NCBI RefSeq assembly: GCF_963921235.1
Contig: NC_086107.1
Location: 99,636,001 to 99,700,000 of the forward strand
Direction: 5' to 3'
DNA from: Mobula hypostoma
Taxonomy: Eukaryota
Length of the DNA: 64,000 nucleotides
The notes under the pieces are model-generated. The model was given only the letters and a program-made list of their open reading frames with translations. It was not told where the DNA came from and ran no database searches. The position numbers and the translations under genes are program-made. Positions 13,655-27,600 of this stretch are shown here, piece by piece (the first letter of the stretch is position 1; the number at the start of each line of letters is the position of its first letter).

Positions 13655-14285
13655 TATTCATGGCGGTGCGATGGCAGCACGCGCGGCCTCTCCAGTGAAT
13701 GATATCTGTAATCTGTCAAGTAGGGGACCGTGCACAATTCTGATTTGATGGAGATGGACGTGAGGGTACGGAGGAACATCTGGAAAAACTTCTGATATGC
13801 TCGCTTTGCTGCCGCTGCTACTGTGTGATAACCAGAATCTCCGGAGCAGAAGGCCCCGAATCCTCGGCTTTGCTTGTTTCAGCGGCCGGTGCTAGGTCGA
13901 AGGCGCTCGGCAGAGGATGGCGCTCGGGAGGATGTATCGGAGGGGCTGGTCGGAGGCTCGAAGTTTTCAGACGGACGGACTCAGTGTCGGCTGTGGTCGG
14001 CTACTTCCAAGGCATCAGCAGGTTGTCGGTGCCTGGAGGTTTATGGCAGGGAGTTTCTCCCTTTTGCCGCCTGCTATCGGGGACTCGGGAGTTGATCGAC
14101 TCGGGGACTTTGAGACTTTTTTTACCGTGCCCATGGTTTGTTCTTCATCAAATTATGGTATTGCTTTGCACTGCTGTAACTATATGTTATAATTATGTGG
14201 TTCTGTCAGTGTTAGTCTTTGGTTTGTCTTGTCTTTTGTGATATCACTCCGGAGAAACATTGTATCATGTTCTCATAATCTAATC
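13655..14285 (+). mobile_element. Non-autonomous retroposon with (TAATC)n tail
   Basis: 12-bp TSD TAAAAAGGATTA (13643-13654, 14286-14297). A reverse-complement partial copy lies at about 26629-26860. Confidence 0.7.
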
Positions 14286-14853
14286 TAAAAAGGATTAGGC
14301 AAAGTCAGCATTGATTTCAGATTCAGATTTACTTATCGAAACATATAGTGAAACGTATCATTTGTTCAACAACCAACACACCCAAGGGTGTGCTGGGGGC
14401 AGCCCGCAAGTGTTGCCACATATTCCAGCGCCCACATAGCGTGCCCACCAGGCTCGGCAGAACAAGACAGAACACAGCAAGCAACAAACCAACAACAGCA
14501 AAACAAGCCCCTTCCTACCCCCCCCACCCCACAGACAGTCCTCCAACTCCAGGACAGACCTCTGGGCCTCCAGGCTTCAGCCATCGAACTTTGACAACCC
14601 GATCTGATGACAGGATCCTGAGCTCCAGGCTCAAACTCTGGAAGTGCCAACTGCTCGCAAGGACATCCAATCCTGGGACTGTAGAGCGCGGAGCAGAATC
14701 CGAGTCTCCGGCATCCTTCACCCCCACGTTGGGAGCAGCTGGGTAGGATCGTTGGGTAACAGACTCTCACACACTTCATGGAAACATTGTTTAAGGAGGA
14801 AACAGGAGTGGTGTTAATGACTTTTAAGAATGTAATGTTACATTGAGTTTAGA

Positions 14854-17800
14854 TTACAGGGAGGACCCTCTGGTCTTAGACACTCCCACGATAGGCACCA
14901 TCCTCTCCAAATCCACTCTAGCAAGGCCTTTCACCATTTGATAGGTTTCAATGAGATCCCCGCTCATTCTCCTGAATTCCGGTGAATATAGGCCCAGAGC
15001 CATCAAGCACTCTTCATATGACAAGTTGTTTAATCCTGGAATAATTTTTGTGGACCTCATTTGGACCCTCTCCAATTTCAACACATTCTTTCTTAAATAA
15101 GAAGCCCAAAACGGCTCACAATACTCCAAGTGAGGCCTCACCAGTGCTTTATAAAGCTTCAACACTACATCCTTGCTTTTATGTTCTAGTCCTCCCGAAA
15201 TGAATGCTAATATCACATTTGCCTTCCTCCCCACAGACTCAACCTGCAAATTGTCCTTTAGGAAATCCTGCACAAGAACCCCCAAATCCCTTTGCACCTC
15301 GGGTTTTTTTTCATATCTTCTCTCTATTTGCACAATAGTCAACTCTTTTATTTTTTCAACCAAAGTGCATGACCATACACTTCTCAACACTCTATTCCAT
15401 CTGCCATTTCTTTGCCCATTCTCCTAATGTGTCTGACCTTCTGTAGTCTCTATTTCTTCAAAACTACCTGCCCCTCCACCTAACTTTGTATCATCTACAG
15501 ACTTTGCAACCAAGCCATCAATTGAATCATCCAAATCATTTACAAACAATGTAAAAAGAATTGGTCCCATCATAGACCCCTGCGGAACACCACTAGTCAC
15601 TGGAAGCCGGTTGGAAAAGGCTCTCTTTTTCCCACTCTTTGTCTCCTGCCAATCAGCCACTGCTTTATCCATGTTGGAATCTTTCCTGTGATACCATGGG
15701 CTCGTAGCTTGCTAAACAGCCTCACATGTGTGGCACCTTGTCAAAGGCCTTCTGAAAATCCAAATGCACAACATTCTCCTTTTTCTATCCTGCTTGTTAT
15801 TTCTTCAAAGAATTCCAACAGATTAGTCAGGCAAGATTTTCCCTTGAGGAAACCATGCTCTCTATGGCCTATTTTATCATGCACCTCCAAGTACCCTGAA
15901 ACCACATCCTTAACAATCAACTTCAACATCTTCCCACCCACTGAGCTCAGACTAACTGGCCTATAGTTTCTTTCTTCTGCCTCTCTCCCTTCTTGAAGAG
16001 TGGAGTGACATTTGCAATTTTCCAGTCTTCCGGAACCATTCTAGAATCTAGTGATTCTTGAAAGATCATTACGAACGCCCACATAATCTCATCAGCCACC
16101 TCTTTCAGAACCTGGGGGTGTACACCATCTGGTCCACATGACTTATCTATCTTCAGATCTTTCAGTTTCCCAAGAACCTTCTCCTGAGTTATGGTAACTT
16201 CACACACTTCATGACCCTTGACACCTGGAACTTCCACCATACTGCTAGTGTCTTCCTGAGAGAAGACTGATGCAAAATACTTACTTAGTTCATCTGCTAT
16301 TTCCTTGTCCACCATTACTGCCTCTCCAGCATTGTTTTCCAGCAGTCTGATATCCACTTTCGCCTCTCTTTCACACCTTATGTATCTGAAAAATCTTTTG
16401 CTCTTTAATATTATTGGCTAGTTTACCTTCATATTCCATCTTTACCTTCTTATTGACTTTTTTACTTGCCTTCTGTTGGTATATAAAACCTTCCCAATCC
16501 TCTAACTTCCCTAATTTTTGTCTTTTAGTTAGCCTTGACGAGGGGTCTTGACCGGGAATGTCCATTGTACCTCTTCCTATAGATGCTGCCTGGCCTGCTG
16601 CGTTCACCAGCATTTTTTGAATGTGTTGCACTAATTTTTGTTCTATTTTATGCCCTTTGGCTTTTATGTTGGCTTTGACTTCCCTTGTTAACCATGGCTG
16701 TGTCATCTTGCCTTTAGAATACTTCTTCCTCTTTGAGATACATATATCCTGTGCCTTCCGAATTGCTTCCAGAAATTCCTGCTATTACTGCTTTGCGTCA
16801 TCCCTGCCAGTGTTCTTTTCCAATCAGTTCTAGCCATCTCCTCTGTCATCATACCTCAGTAATTTCCTTTTCTCCACTGTTATACTGACTTTAGTTTCTC
16901 CTTCTCGTATTTCGGGGTGAATTTAATGGTAGTGTGGAGGAGCAGAGGGATCTCGGGGTACATGTCCACAGATCCCTGAAAGTTGCCTCACAGGTAGATA
17001 GGGTAGTTAAGAAAGCTTATGGGGTGTTGGCTTTCATAAGTCGAGGGATAGAGTTTAAGAGTTGTGATGTAATGATACAGCTCTATAAAACTCTGGTTAG
17101 GCCACACCTGGAGTACTGTGTCCAGTTCTGGTCACCTCACTATAGGAAGGATGTGGAAGCATAGGAAAGGGTACAGAGAAGATTTACCAGGATGCTGCCT
17201 GGTTTAGAGAGTATGCATTATGATCAGAGATTAAGGGAGCTTGGGCTTTACTCTTTGGAGAGAAGGAGAATGAGAGGAGACACGATAGAGGTGTACAAGA
17301 TATTAAGAGGAATAGACAGGGTGGATAGCCAGCGCCTCTTCCCCAGGGCACCACTGCTCAATACAAGAGGACATGACTTTAAGGTAAGGAGTGGGAAGTT
17401 CAAGGGGGATATTAGAGGAAGGTTTTTTACTCAGAGAGTGGTTGGTGCGTGGAATGCACTGCCTGAGTCAGTGGTGGAGGCAGATACACTAGTGAAGTTT
17501 AAGAGACTACTAGACAGGTATATGAAGGAATTTAAGGTGGGGGATTATATGGGAGGCAGGGATTGAGGGTCGGCACAACATTGTGGGCCGAAAGGCCTGT
17601 AAAGTGCTGTACTATTCTACAACCATATCTATATTATGATCACTTGCCCCTAAGAATCCTTCTACCTTAAGATCTCTAATCAATCCTGGTTCATTGCACA
17701 ACACCCAGTCCAGAAGAGTTGACCCCTAGCGGGCTCAACCACAAACTGCTCTAAAATGCCATCTCATAGGCACTCTAGAAATTCCCCCACTTGAAATCCA

Positions 17801-18615
17801 GCACCAACCTGATTTTCCCAATCGACCTGCATATTGAAATCCCCCATGACTATTGTAACATTGCCCTTCTGGCGCGCAATTTCTATCTCCTGTTGTAACT
17901 TGTAGAATGCATCCTTACTACTGTTTGGGGGCTCCATCAAGATCTTTTCACCCTGGCAGCTCCTTAGCTCCACAACAATTCAACAGCTTCTGACCTGTGT
18001 CACCTCTTTCTAATGATTTGATTTCATTTCTTACCAACAGAGCTATACAATCTCCTCCACCTACCTGCCTTTCTTTTCGATGAAGTTTGTATCCTTGGAC
18101 ATTAAGCTCCCAGCAATAATCATATTTCAGCCATGATTCAATGATGCCTACAACATCATACCTGCCAATCTGTAACTGCTATGAGTTCATCGAGCTTATT
18201 CTGTATACTGGGCTCATTCAAATCTAACACATTTAGTCCTGTATTCACCCTTTTTGACTCTCTCTGCCTTTTACGTTGCAATTTATCCTGTTGACTGCAG
18301 TTTTGTCCTATCATCAGCTTCTCCTTGCTCGGAATCTCACTACACGTTGCCTCTCTTTGTAAACTGACTCTCTCATCTTCAGCACTATCACCCCCGTTCC
18401 CAGCCCCCTGCCAAATTAGCTTAAACCCACCTGAACAACTCTAGCCAACCAGCTCGCAAGGATATTGGACCCCCTCGGATTTATGTGCAGCTCATCCCTT
18501 TTTTACAGGTCATACCTTCCCTAGAAGAGATCCCAATGATCCGTAAATCTGAACCCCTGCCCTCTGTGCCAGTTTCTCAGCCACGCATTCATCTGATAAA
18601 TCATCCTATTCCTAT
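14854..18615 (-). mobile_element. CR1 LINE (end of ORF1, EN, RT), degenerate, with nested insertions
   Basis: IVMGDFNMQVDW (EN); KSCGPDGVHP, WKIANVTPLFKKG, SCLTNLLEFFE, GVPQGS, DDTKLGG, LYKALVRPHLEYC (RT). Confidence 0.9.
16925..17620 (+). mobile_element. CR1 LINE 3' fragment (different subfamily) nested in the minus-strand CR1
   Basis: QRDLGVHVHRSLK...LYKTLVRPHLEYCVQFWSPHY...FFTQRVVGAWNALP; CR1 3' tail. Confidence 0.88.
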
Positions 18616-18663
18616 GTACAGTATACAGATTTTCTGTAATTCATGTTTTTTCTATTATTATGT

Positions 18664-19532
18664 TGTCATGGTCTGGTCCATGAAGTCCGCATTCCAGTTC
18701 ACGGTCCGGTCCGTGGACTCAGGACTCTGGGTCTTCCAGCTGTCCCTTGTTTGAATTAATCATAGGCACCTGATTCCCATCTTTGGGCTTGCAATATAAG
18801 TAGCCTTGGGATTGAGTGTGGGCTGCTAGTTTGTCTTGTCAGTCCCCCTTGGAGCAACCTTCTGATGGAAGGCTAGTGAAACCATTTGTGATTTCTAGGC
18901 CTGGTTGGAGGACCACTGCTTCATGGAGCCTTGTTGCCACATTGGAGTAGTCTTTGTGGTATGGATTCGGCTGTTTCCCGGGCCAGCTGAGTGGTTGCCA
19001 GCCACTCCGAGCTAACTCCAGTCTCCGAGTTATCAGCCTCCGCATCTCAAGACCAAGATCCCAAGCCTCAAGGATCCCAAGCCAAGACCCAAGACCCCAA
19101 GCCTCGAGGATCCCAAGCCAAGCTCAAGACCCAAGACCCCAAGCCTCAAGGATCCCAAGCCGAGCTCAAGACCCAAGACCCCAGCCTCAAGCCTCAAGAA
19201 CAAAGACCCCAGCCTGTCTCCAAGCTCAGGCCTCTAGACCCCAGCCACACCCTGTCCTGAAGCCATGTCATGTCCTTGCCTGGTTCCGGGGTCAGAGCCC
19301 GAAGCAAGACCCAGGTTTTGGGTCCTTGTTCAGTTTCGGGCTCGGAATCCAAGCATTTTCTCCTAGTCCATGGTTCCTATTCCTGGTCCCACTTTCCCTA
19401 GCCCAAGTCTGCGCTCTTGTCCCTGCTCCTTGCCTGAATCCTGTCACGTCCTTACTCTAGTCAAGTCCTGTTCCTTTTACTTCAGTGTCTGCGTCTTGCT
19501 TTTGGGTCCGTTCCCAGCACCCCATTGTGACA
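18664..19532 (+). mobile_element. Solo LTR, same family as 6607-7809
   Basis: TGTCATGG...GTGACA; perfect 5-bp TSD TATGT (18659-18663, 19533-19537); internal CAAGCC/CAAGAC repeats; interrupts a Rex1-type tail. Confidence 0.82.
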
Positions 19533-19885
19533 TATGTATTGCATTATACTGCTTCCACAAAGACAGCAAATTTCACGAAATATGCCAGTGATATTAAAAC
19601 TGATTCTGATTCTGATCCCTCTAAAGTTTTTCTATCATGGACCCGTCCAAGAGCCTTATAAACATGTTAATTATACCTGCCTCTAACATTTCCTCTCCTT
19701 CTTCCTGGTATTTACTGTATGTAGTGTGAATAAAGTATATTTTAAAAATTGAAGGCCCCAAGTCAATCATTTAGAGTCCGGAGGTAAAAAGCAGGGCAAC
19801 TAGCCACTCCTGCCACTGACTAGAAATGGGTTTCTGGCCGGTGACCTCTCACTCGTTCTAACCCACAACTGCAACTGTGAGATAG

Positions 19886-19920
19886 CACTGCTCCCTGGTG
19901 GCCAGCACTGGGGTACAGCA
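19886..19920 (-). promoter_or_regulatory. Candidate bipartite CTCF site
   Basis: Minus strand reads TGCTGTACC-CCAGTGC-TGGCCACCAGGGAGCAGTG: a core close to CCACCAGGGGGC plus an upstream TGCAGT-like motif. Confidence 0.45.
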
Positions 19921-20107
19921 GCTAATGACCTCCAAGGCCTTCGGGGCTGATGGCACTGAGTATCACCAACGACTGCACACTCACACAGCAGCAGTTCCCA
20001 GCTGTCCACATTCGAGCTGCGAAACGCACATGACCAAGCCCCTTCAGGCTGCTCTGCCGCTAGCAGCAGGGTCCAGTGCGGGAGCTCAGTCTCACTGGGG
20101 TTCTCCA

Positions 20108-20822
20108 GTATTTCAGAAGGCATTTGATAAGGTGCCACACATAAGGCTGCTTAACAGGATAAAATCCTATGACATTACAGGAAAGATGCTGGCATGGATA
20201 GAGGAATGGCTGACAGGCAGGAGGCAGCGAGTGGGAATAAAGGGGGCATTTTCTGTTTGAATGCCGGTGACTAGTGCTGTTCCTCAGGGGTCAGTACTGT
20301 GACCACTACTTTTCACATTGTTTGTCAGTGACTTGGATAATGGAATTGATGGCTTTGTGGCAAAGTTTGCGGAAGATATGAAGATAGGTGGAGGGGTAGA
20401 TAGTGCTGAGGAAGCAATGCGATTGCAGCAGGACCTAGACAAATTGGAAGACTGGGCAAAACAGTGGCAGATGGAATACAGTGTTGGGAAATGTATGATA
20501 ATGCACTTTGGTAAAAGGAACAATAGTGCAGACTATTATCTAAATGGGTAGAAGGTTCAACCATCAGAGGTGCAGAGGGACTTGGGAGTCCTCGTGCAAG
20601 ACTCCTAGAATGTTAATTTACAGGTTGAGTCTGTGGTAAAGAAGGCAAATGCAATGTTGGCATTTATTTCAAGGGGAATAGAATATAAAAACAAGAAGAT
20701 AATGCTGAAGCTTTATAAGACACTAGCCAGGCTGACTTGGAGTATCGTCAACAGTTGGGCCCCATATCTCAGAAAGGATGTGTTGTCATTGGAGAGAGTC
20801 CAGGAGGTTCACAAGGATGATC
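20108..20822 (+). mobile_element. CR1 RT fragment followed by a Penelope terminus (to about 21087)
   Basis: FQKAFDKVPH...WLTGRRQRV...AKFAEDMKIGGG. Confidence 0.85.
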
Positions 20823-21292
20823 CCCTGGGTCCCCTTCTCTTTTCCTTTCTCCTATGGTCCACTCTCCTCTCCTATCAGACTCTTTCCACCCCAGCCCTTT
20901 ACCTTTCCCACCCATCTGGCTTCACCTACCACCTTCTTGCTATCCTCCTTCCCCTCCCCCCATTTCTGGCATCTTCCCACTTCCTTTCCAGTCGTGAAAG
21001 AGGGTCTCGGCCCAAAACGTCGACTGTTTATTGATTTCCGTAGATGCTGCCTGACCTGCTGAGTCCCTCCAGCATTTTGTGTGTGTAACCCTGAGATTCA
21101 TTTTCTCACGGGCACACTCAGTAAATCCAATAACCATAATACAATTAATGAAAGACCACACCCAACAAGGCAGACAACAAGCATTCCGTTTACTTCTTTT
21201 AATATAGTTGTATTTTGTTATTTTAATTTGTAGTTCAAATTCTACCGGGTTTTTTTTTGTTCCAGTCTCAGAGCGGGCATCTGCATCCTCTA

Positions 21293-21797
21293 TGTAACGC
21301 ACTGGGAAAGGTTTCACTGCTAACGTAATGGCCTTTCTGTAGAAGCAGTGTTTGGGTTATGGTGAGAGATAACAGGTGCTTTGGAATATGAGCTGGGTCT
21401 TTTGTTCGGCTGGAGATGAAGGAAAAAAAACGCTGGGGAGAGCTGGTTGTAGGATTCGACCCGGTGGGGGACCGTGATTCGATGAAACAAGGTGAATATT
21501 ACGTTCGGGGAAGAGTTCAGTTCTGATTTGTGCACACTTGACTGTTTAATTATAATGGGCCCTTGGTGTTTTTTTCTTTCTTTTCTTTATTAACCCTTTA
21601 GTTAAGTTAAGATTCATAAATATAATTCCTTTAGTTGTATGCAGTGTGCTGTCCATTATTTCTTGGCACTGAGTTGGAACGGGGTAGCAAATTACGCAGC
21701 ATACACACGAACCAGCGTTTGGGGTGGGAGAGCATCTCAATCTCACGGGGTTTGTCTTCCCTAGACTTGCGCTGTCAAGGAAACCAGCGGGGTTTCA
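21293..21797 (+). mobile_element. Solo LTR (Gypsy-like)
   Basis: TGTAAC...TTTCA; imperfect 4-bp TSD TCTA/TCTG; shares CAGCAT.CACAC.AAC and TTCCCTAGAC blocks with the LTR at 46935-47628. Confidence 0.55.
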
Positions 21798-22729
21798 TCT
21801 GCAGATCGTGTTGATAGAGGGAGAGAGTGCGATGGGAGGGGCGGTGAAACAATTCGAGGAATGAAGAGGCAGGGAGTCTTCATTTCCTTCTGAGACGATA
21901 AGACCGTAAGACGTATGTGCGGAATTAGGCCGTCCAGCCTATCAAGTGTGTTCTTGTTAAATGGCATTGCATGAAGTTTTACACAGCTACAAAAGGATCA
22001 TGAGTCCAGTTCCAGGGTGTGTTGTACCGTACGGTTCCCCAAAAGCAGCAGCTGGATTTCTTGCAGCTGCCAGTACTTGAACCTGTAGGTTTTTGTAAAT
22101 AGAACGGCAGAGGTGCTTTAAATTTAAGGGAAACCGTGGCAATGAACTTTATTGTCAACCAAACACTGAACATAAAGCTTGGTCAAAGCTTTCAGGTCAT
22201 TACGTAAACATGTCAGACGCACCTTCGCCAAGTGAACCCCAACTCAATGTCGATGGCCGTGAATTAAGCCTATGCTTTCACCCATTACATTACCCTACAG
22301 ACACATAGCTGAGTACACGTCATCCGACCCCTAAAGACACAGTCACGTACGGCCCGCCGCGGCACTCTTCCAACTCCTGGAGAGTGCTGATCACCTCCGT
22401 GAGGCTGGATCTGTGATTCCAGGTGACAGGAAGTATGCTCCCAGGAGACCAGCGTTTTGTGTCACTGCCAGGAGGTAAGAGAGGTTAGGGAGACGTCCCT
22501 CCAGGAATAACATTTCCACGGTCAAAAGATTGGAGTCATAGGGTGATAGAGCGTGGAAACAGGCCCGTCAGTGAGTCTGTCTTTCCACATTTGGCTCAGT
22601 AGGTGGCCGGTCTGAAACAAAGGTTCACACAGTGCAGCAAGGCTACACATCAGCACTTTTCCACCGACGCCACGGCACAGAGGCAGCAGTCCCGAGTCTC
22701 ATATCACACATTTCCAGTTCGCTCAGATA

Positions 22730-24400
22730 GGGTGGAAGTTCCAGGAGTCAGAGGGACCATGAAGTGTGTGAAGTTACCATTACTAGGGAGAAGGTTCTTG
22801 GGAAACTGAAAGGTCTGAAGGTAGATAAGTCACCCAGACCAGATGGTGTACACCCCAGGGTTCTGTAACAGGCAGCTGAAGTGATTCTGGAGGCGTTAGT
22901 AATGATCTTTTATGAATCACTAGATTCAGGAATGGTTCTGGAAGATTACAAATGTCACTCCACTCTTCAAGAAGGGAGAGAGGCAGAAGAAAGGAAATTA
23001 TAGGCCAGTTAGTCTAGCCTCAGCGGTTGGGAAGATATTGGAGTCGTTTGTTAAGGATGTGGTCTCAGGGTACTTGGAGGTGCATGATAAAACAGGCCAT
23101 AGTCAGCATGGTTTCTTCAAGGGAAATTCTTGTCTGCTACATCTGTCAGAATTCCTTGAAAAAGTAACAAGCAGGGTAGACAAAGGAGAATCGGTTGATG
23201 TTGTGTACTTGGATTTTCAGACGGCCTTTGACAGGGTGCCACACATGAGGCATTTAGCAAGCTACAAGCCCATGGTATCACAGGAAAGATTCTGGCATGG
23301 ATAAAGCAGTGGCTGATTGGCAGGGGGAAAACAGTGGGAATAAAGGCGGCCTTTTCTGGTTGGCTGCTGGTGACTAGTGGTGTTCCACAGGGGTCTGTGG
23401 TGGAACGGATTCTTTTTGTGTTATATGTCAATGATTTGGATGATAGAATTGATGGCTTTGTTGCAAGGTTTGCAGATGATATGAAGATAGGTGGAGGGGC
23501 AGGTAGTTTTGAGGAAGTAGAGAGGCTACAGAAGGACTTAGTCAGATTAGGAGAATGGGCAAAGAAGTGGCAGATGGAATACAGTGTTGGGAAGAGTATG
23601 GTCATGCACTTTTGTAGAAGAAATGATAGGGTTCACTATTTTTTAAATGGAGAGAAAATACAAAAATCTGAGGCACAAAGGGACTTAGGAGTCCTTATGT
23701 AGGATTCCCTAGAGGTTAATTTGCAGGTTGTGCCTGTGGTAAGGAAGGCAAATGCGATATTAGCATTCACTTCGAGAGGACTAGAATATAAAAGCAAGGA
23801 TGTCATGTTGAGGCTTTATAATGCACTAGTGAAGCCTCACTTGGAGTATTGTGAGCAGTTTTAGGCCCCTTATTTTCGAAAGGATGTGCTGAAACTGGAG
23901 AGGGTTCAAAGGAGGTTCACATAAATGATTCCAGGATTGAATGGCTTGTCACATGAAAAGCGTTTGATGGCTCTGGGCCTGTATTCACTGGAATTCAGAA
24001 GAAAGAGGGGTGAACTCATTGAAACCTATCAAGTGGTGAAAGGCCTTGATAGAGTGGTTGTGGAGAGGATGTTTCCTGCCGTGGGAGGGTCTGAGACCAG
24101 AGGACTCAGCCTCAGAATAGAGGGGCACCATTTTAGAATGGAAATGAGGTGGAATTTCTTTAGCCAGAGAGTGGTGAATCTGTGGGATTCGTTGCCACAG
24201 GCAGCTGTGGAGGCCAAGTCTTTATGTCTATTTAAGGCAGAGGTTGATAGATTCTTGATTGGTCAGGGCACGAAGGGATACGGGGTGAGGGTAGGAGATT
24301 GGGGGCTGGGTGGAAAATTGGATCAACCATGATCAAAAGGCAGAGCAGACTTGACAGGCCCAATGGCCTAATTCTGCTCCTATGTCTTATGGTCTTATGC
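22730..24400 (+). mobile_element. CR1 LINE, 5'-truncated (RT to 3' tail)
   Basis: VDVVYLDFQTAFDRVPH, GVPQGSV, FADDMKIGGG, FFSQRVVNLWDSLP; TCTTATG tail. Confidence 0.9.
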
Positions 24401-24619
24401 CATTTCCATACAGTTATCAAAGAGAGTGACAGCAAATAATATCACAGGGAGAGTCTTTGTGAGGGCTCTTGCTGCAGCTGCTTCACAGTAGGGCATCAAA
24501 GCTTGAAATTAGGCTCTGCTTATGACCATAGACCTATGCAAGAGAAGAGTTTACCTTTAGTGGACAGGTTGGGGTCAGGGTCAGCCAGAGAAAGACTGAG
24601 ACCATGACCTTCAATGTTA

Positions 24620-27600
24620 AGTTTCTGTTAAGTTTCCCTTTTTTCCTTACTGTGTCGGGGGTACTTAGTGCAGCTTAAATGGCCAGTGTGAGTTCTTCAT
24701 GCCGGATATTGGAGTCCTGGGAGGCCCAGAGTTTCCCAGGGAACTACGTCAGCGTGAAGTGTATCCAGCTGCAGCTCCTGGAAGACCGTGTGAGGGATCT
24801 GGAGCAGCAGCTGGATGACCTTCGGCTTGTACGGGAGAATGAGGAGATAATTGATCAGTGTTACAGGGAAATAGTCGCCCTCAAGCTGTAGGAGGCAAGT
24901 AGCTGGGTGACTGTCAGGAGAAATGGAAATGTAAATAGGCAGTTAGCACAGAGCACCTCTGGGGCCCTTCCCCTCAATAAAAAGTATATAGTTTTGGAAA
25001 CTGTTGTCGGGGATGACCTCCCAGGAGAATGCCACGGAGACCAGGTTAGTGACACTGAGCAATGGTCCTTGGTACAGAAGGGATTAGGGGAGAAGAGGGG
25101 AGTGGTAGTGATAGGGGACTCAATAGTCAGAGGAACAGACAGGAGATTCTGTGGACATGAATGGGACACCCGGACGGTATGTTGCCTCCCAGGTGCCAGG
25201 GTCAGGGAGATCTCGGATCACGTCCACACAGCATTTCGTTGAGGAAGGGAGAACAGCCAGATGTCTTGGTACATATTGGTACCAAAGACATAGGAAGGAA
25301 AAGCAAAGAGGTCCTGAAGAGAGAATTTAGAGAGTTGGGCAGCAGGACCTCCAGGTAGTGACTTTTGATTGCTACCAGTGCCACGCGCCAGTGAGGGTAG
25401 AAACAGGATGATCTGGCAGATAAATGTGTGGCTGAGAAGCTGGTGCAAGGGGCAGGGCTTCAGGTTCTTGGATCATTGGGATCGCTTCTGGGGAAGGTAT
25501 GACCTGCACAAAAGTGACGGGTTGCACCTGAACCCAAGGGGGACCAATACTCTTGCGGGCAAGTTTGTTAGAACTGTTGGGGAGGGTTTAAACTAATTTG
25601 GCAGGGGGATGGGAACCGGAGTGAAGGGACTCAGGTTAGGACAGATGGTAAAAAAGCAAAGATTGCATGCACTCAGAGTGTCAGGATGAGCAGGCAGATG
25701 ACAGAACAAAGTTGCAGCCAGCAGGGCGAGTATCAGAGCACTAGGGATGCAGAATCAAAAAGGGTAGCAAATACAGCACTCAAAGTGTTACATCTCAACG
25801 CACAGAGTATAAGAAATAAGGTAGATGATCTTGTTGCACTGTTACAGATTGTTGGGTATGATGGTATGGCCATCACTGAATAGCATCTGAAGGATGGTTG
25901 TGGTTGGGAGCTGAATGACTAAGGTTACATGTTGGATCGGAGGGACAGGAAGGTAGGCAGAGGGGGTGGGGTGGCTCTTCTGGTAAAGAATGACATCAAA
26001 TCATTAGAAAGATGTGACAGAGGTTTGAAAGATGTTGAATCCTTGTGGGTTGAATTAAAAAACTGCAAGGGTAAAAGGACCCTGATGGCAGTTATATACA
26101 GGCCTCCAAACAGTAGCTGAGATGTGGACATAGGAAATAGGAAAGGTGAGTCAAAAGGGCAATGTTATGATAGTCACGGGAGATTTCAACATACAGGTAG
26201 ATCGAGAAAATCAGTTTAGTAATGGATCTCAAGAGAATGTATTTGTTGAATGCCTACAAGATGGCTTTTTAGAGCAGTTTGATATTAAGCCTACTGGGGG
26301 ATCAGTTTTACTGGATTAGGTGTTATGTAATGAACCAAAGGTGATGAGGGAGCTTAAGGTAAAGGAACCCTTAGGAGCCAGTGATCACAATATGATTGTG
26401 TTCAACTTGAAATTTGATAGGGAGAAAGTAAAGTCTGATGTAGCAGTATTTCAGTGGAGTTAAGGAAATTAGAGTGGTATGAGAGAGGAGATGGCCAAAG
26501 TAAATTGGAAGGAGATGCTGGCAGGGAGGACAGCAGAGCAGCAATGGTGTGAGTTTCTGCGGAAAACGAGGAAGGTGCAGAAGAGATGTATTCCAAAAAC
26601 AAAAGTACTTTGCTGCCAAATTTGCAGATTAGATTAGATTAGACTATGAGGACACGCAGTTCCTCCAGTAGGTACCACAGAAACACAAGACAGACCAAGA
26701 TTAAAAAACTGACAAAAACCACATAATTATAACATATAGTTACAACAGTGCAAAACAATACCGTAATTTGATAAAGAACAGACCATGGGCACGGTAAAAA
26801 AAGTCTCAAAGTCTCGAAAATCCCATCATCTCACGCAGACGGTAGAAGTAGGAAGAAAAAGATGATACAAAGGTTGGTGGAGGGGCAAGTCGTGTTGAGG
26901 AAACAGGCAGGCTGCAGAAGGACTTAGACGGATTAGGAGAATGGGCAAGAAAGTGGCAAATGAAACAGAATGTTGGAAAACCCATGGTTATGCACTTTGG
27001 TAGTAGAAGTAAATGTACAGACTATTTTTAAATGGGGAGAAAATCCAAAAATCTGAGACACAGGCACCTGGGAGTCCTTGTGCAGAACACCCTGAAGGTT
27101 AACTTGCAGGCTGAGTCAGTGGTGAGGAAGGCAAATATATTATCAGCATTCATGTCCAGAGATCCTACAATACAAGAGCAGGGATGTGATGCTGAGGTTT
27201 TGTAAGGTACTGGGGAGACCTCACCTTGAGTATTGTGAACAGTTTTGGACTCCTTATATAAGACAAGATGTGCTGTCATTGGAGAGGGGTCAGAGGAGGT
27301 TCACAAGGATGATTCCGGGAATCAAAGGGTTAACATACGAGAAATGTTTGATGGCTCTGGGTCTGTACTTGCTGGAATTTAGAAGGATGAGGAAGGATCT
27401 CATTGAAATCCTTTGAATGTTGAGGGCTGGCTGGTGGCGCAGTGACATCGGTGCCGGACCCGGGAGCGGAGGTTCCCGGGTTCAAAACCAGTCGGGTCCG
27501 CTCCCGAGTACGCTTTCCATCCGTGCCAGGTTGAGTGTTGAGATCACAACTCGACCTCATAAAATAAAAGGGAAAAATACTGTGAAAATGTCTGTGTGAG

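Noticed and set aside
6607..19532. One 13-kb LTR retrotransposon bounded by two LTRs
   Set aside because: Each LTR has its own TSD and there is no gag-pol between them.
22020..22512. Possible TG...CA solo LTR
   Set aside because: No TSD and no second copy in the window.
24907..25596. GDSL/SGNH esterase as a host gene
   Set aside because: It is the CR1 ORF1 esterase domain, frameshifted and followed by the EN domain.
27424..27500. tRNA gene
   Set aside because: A and B boxes belong to a SINE head with TSD and tail.
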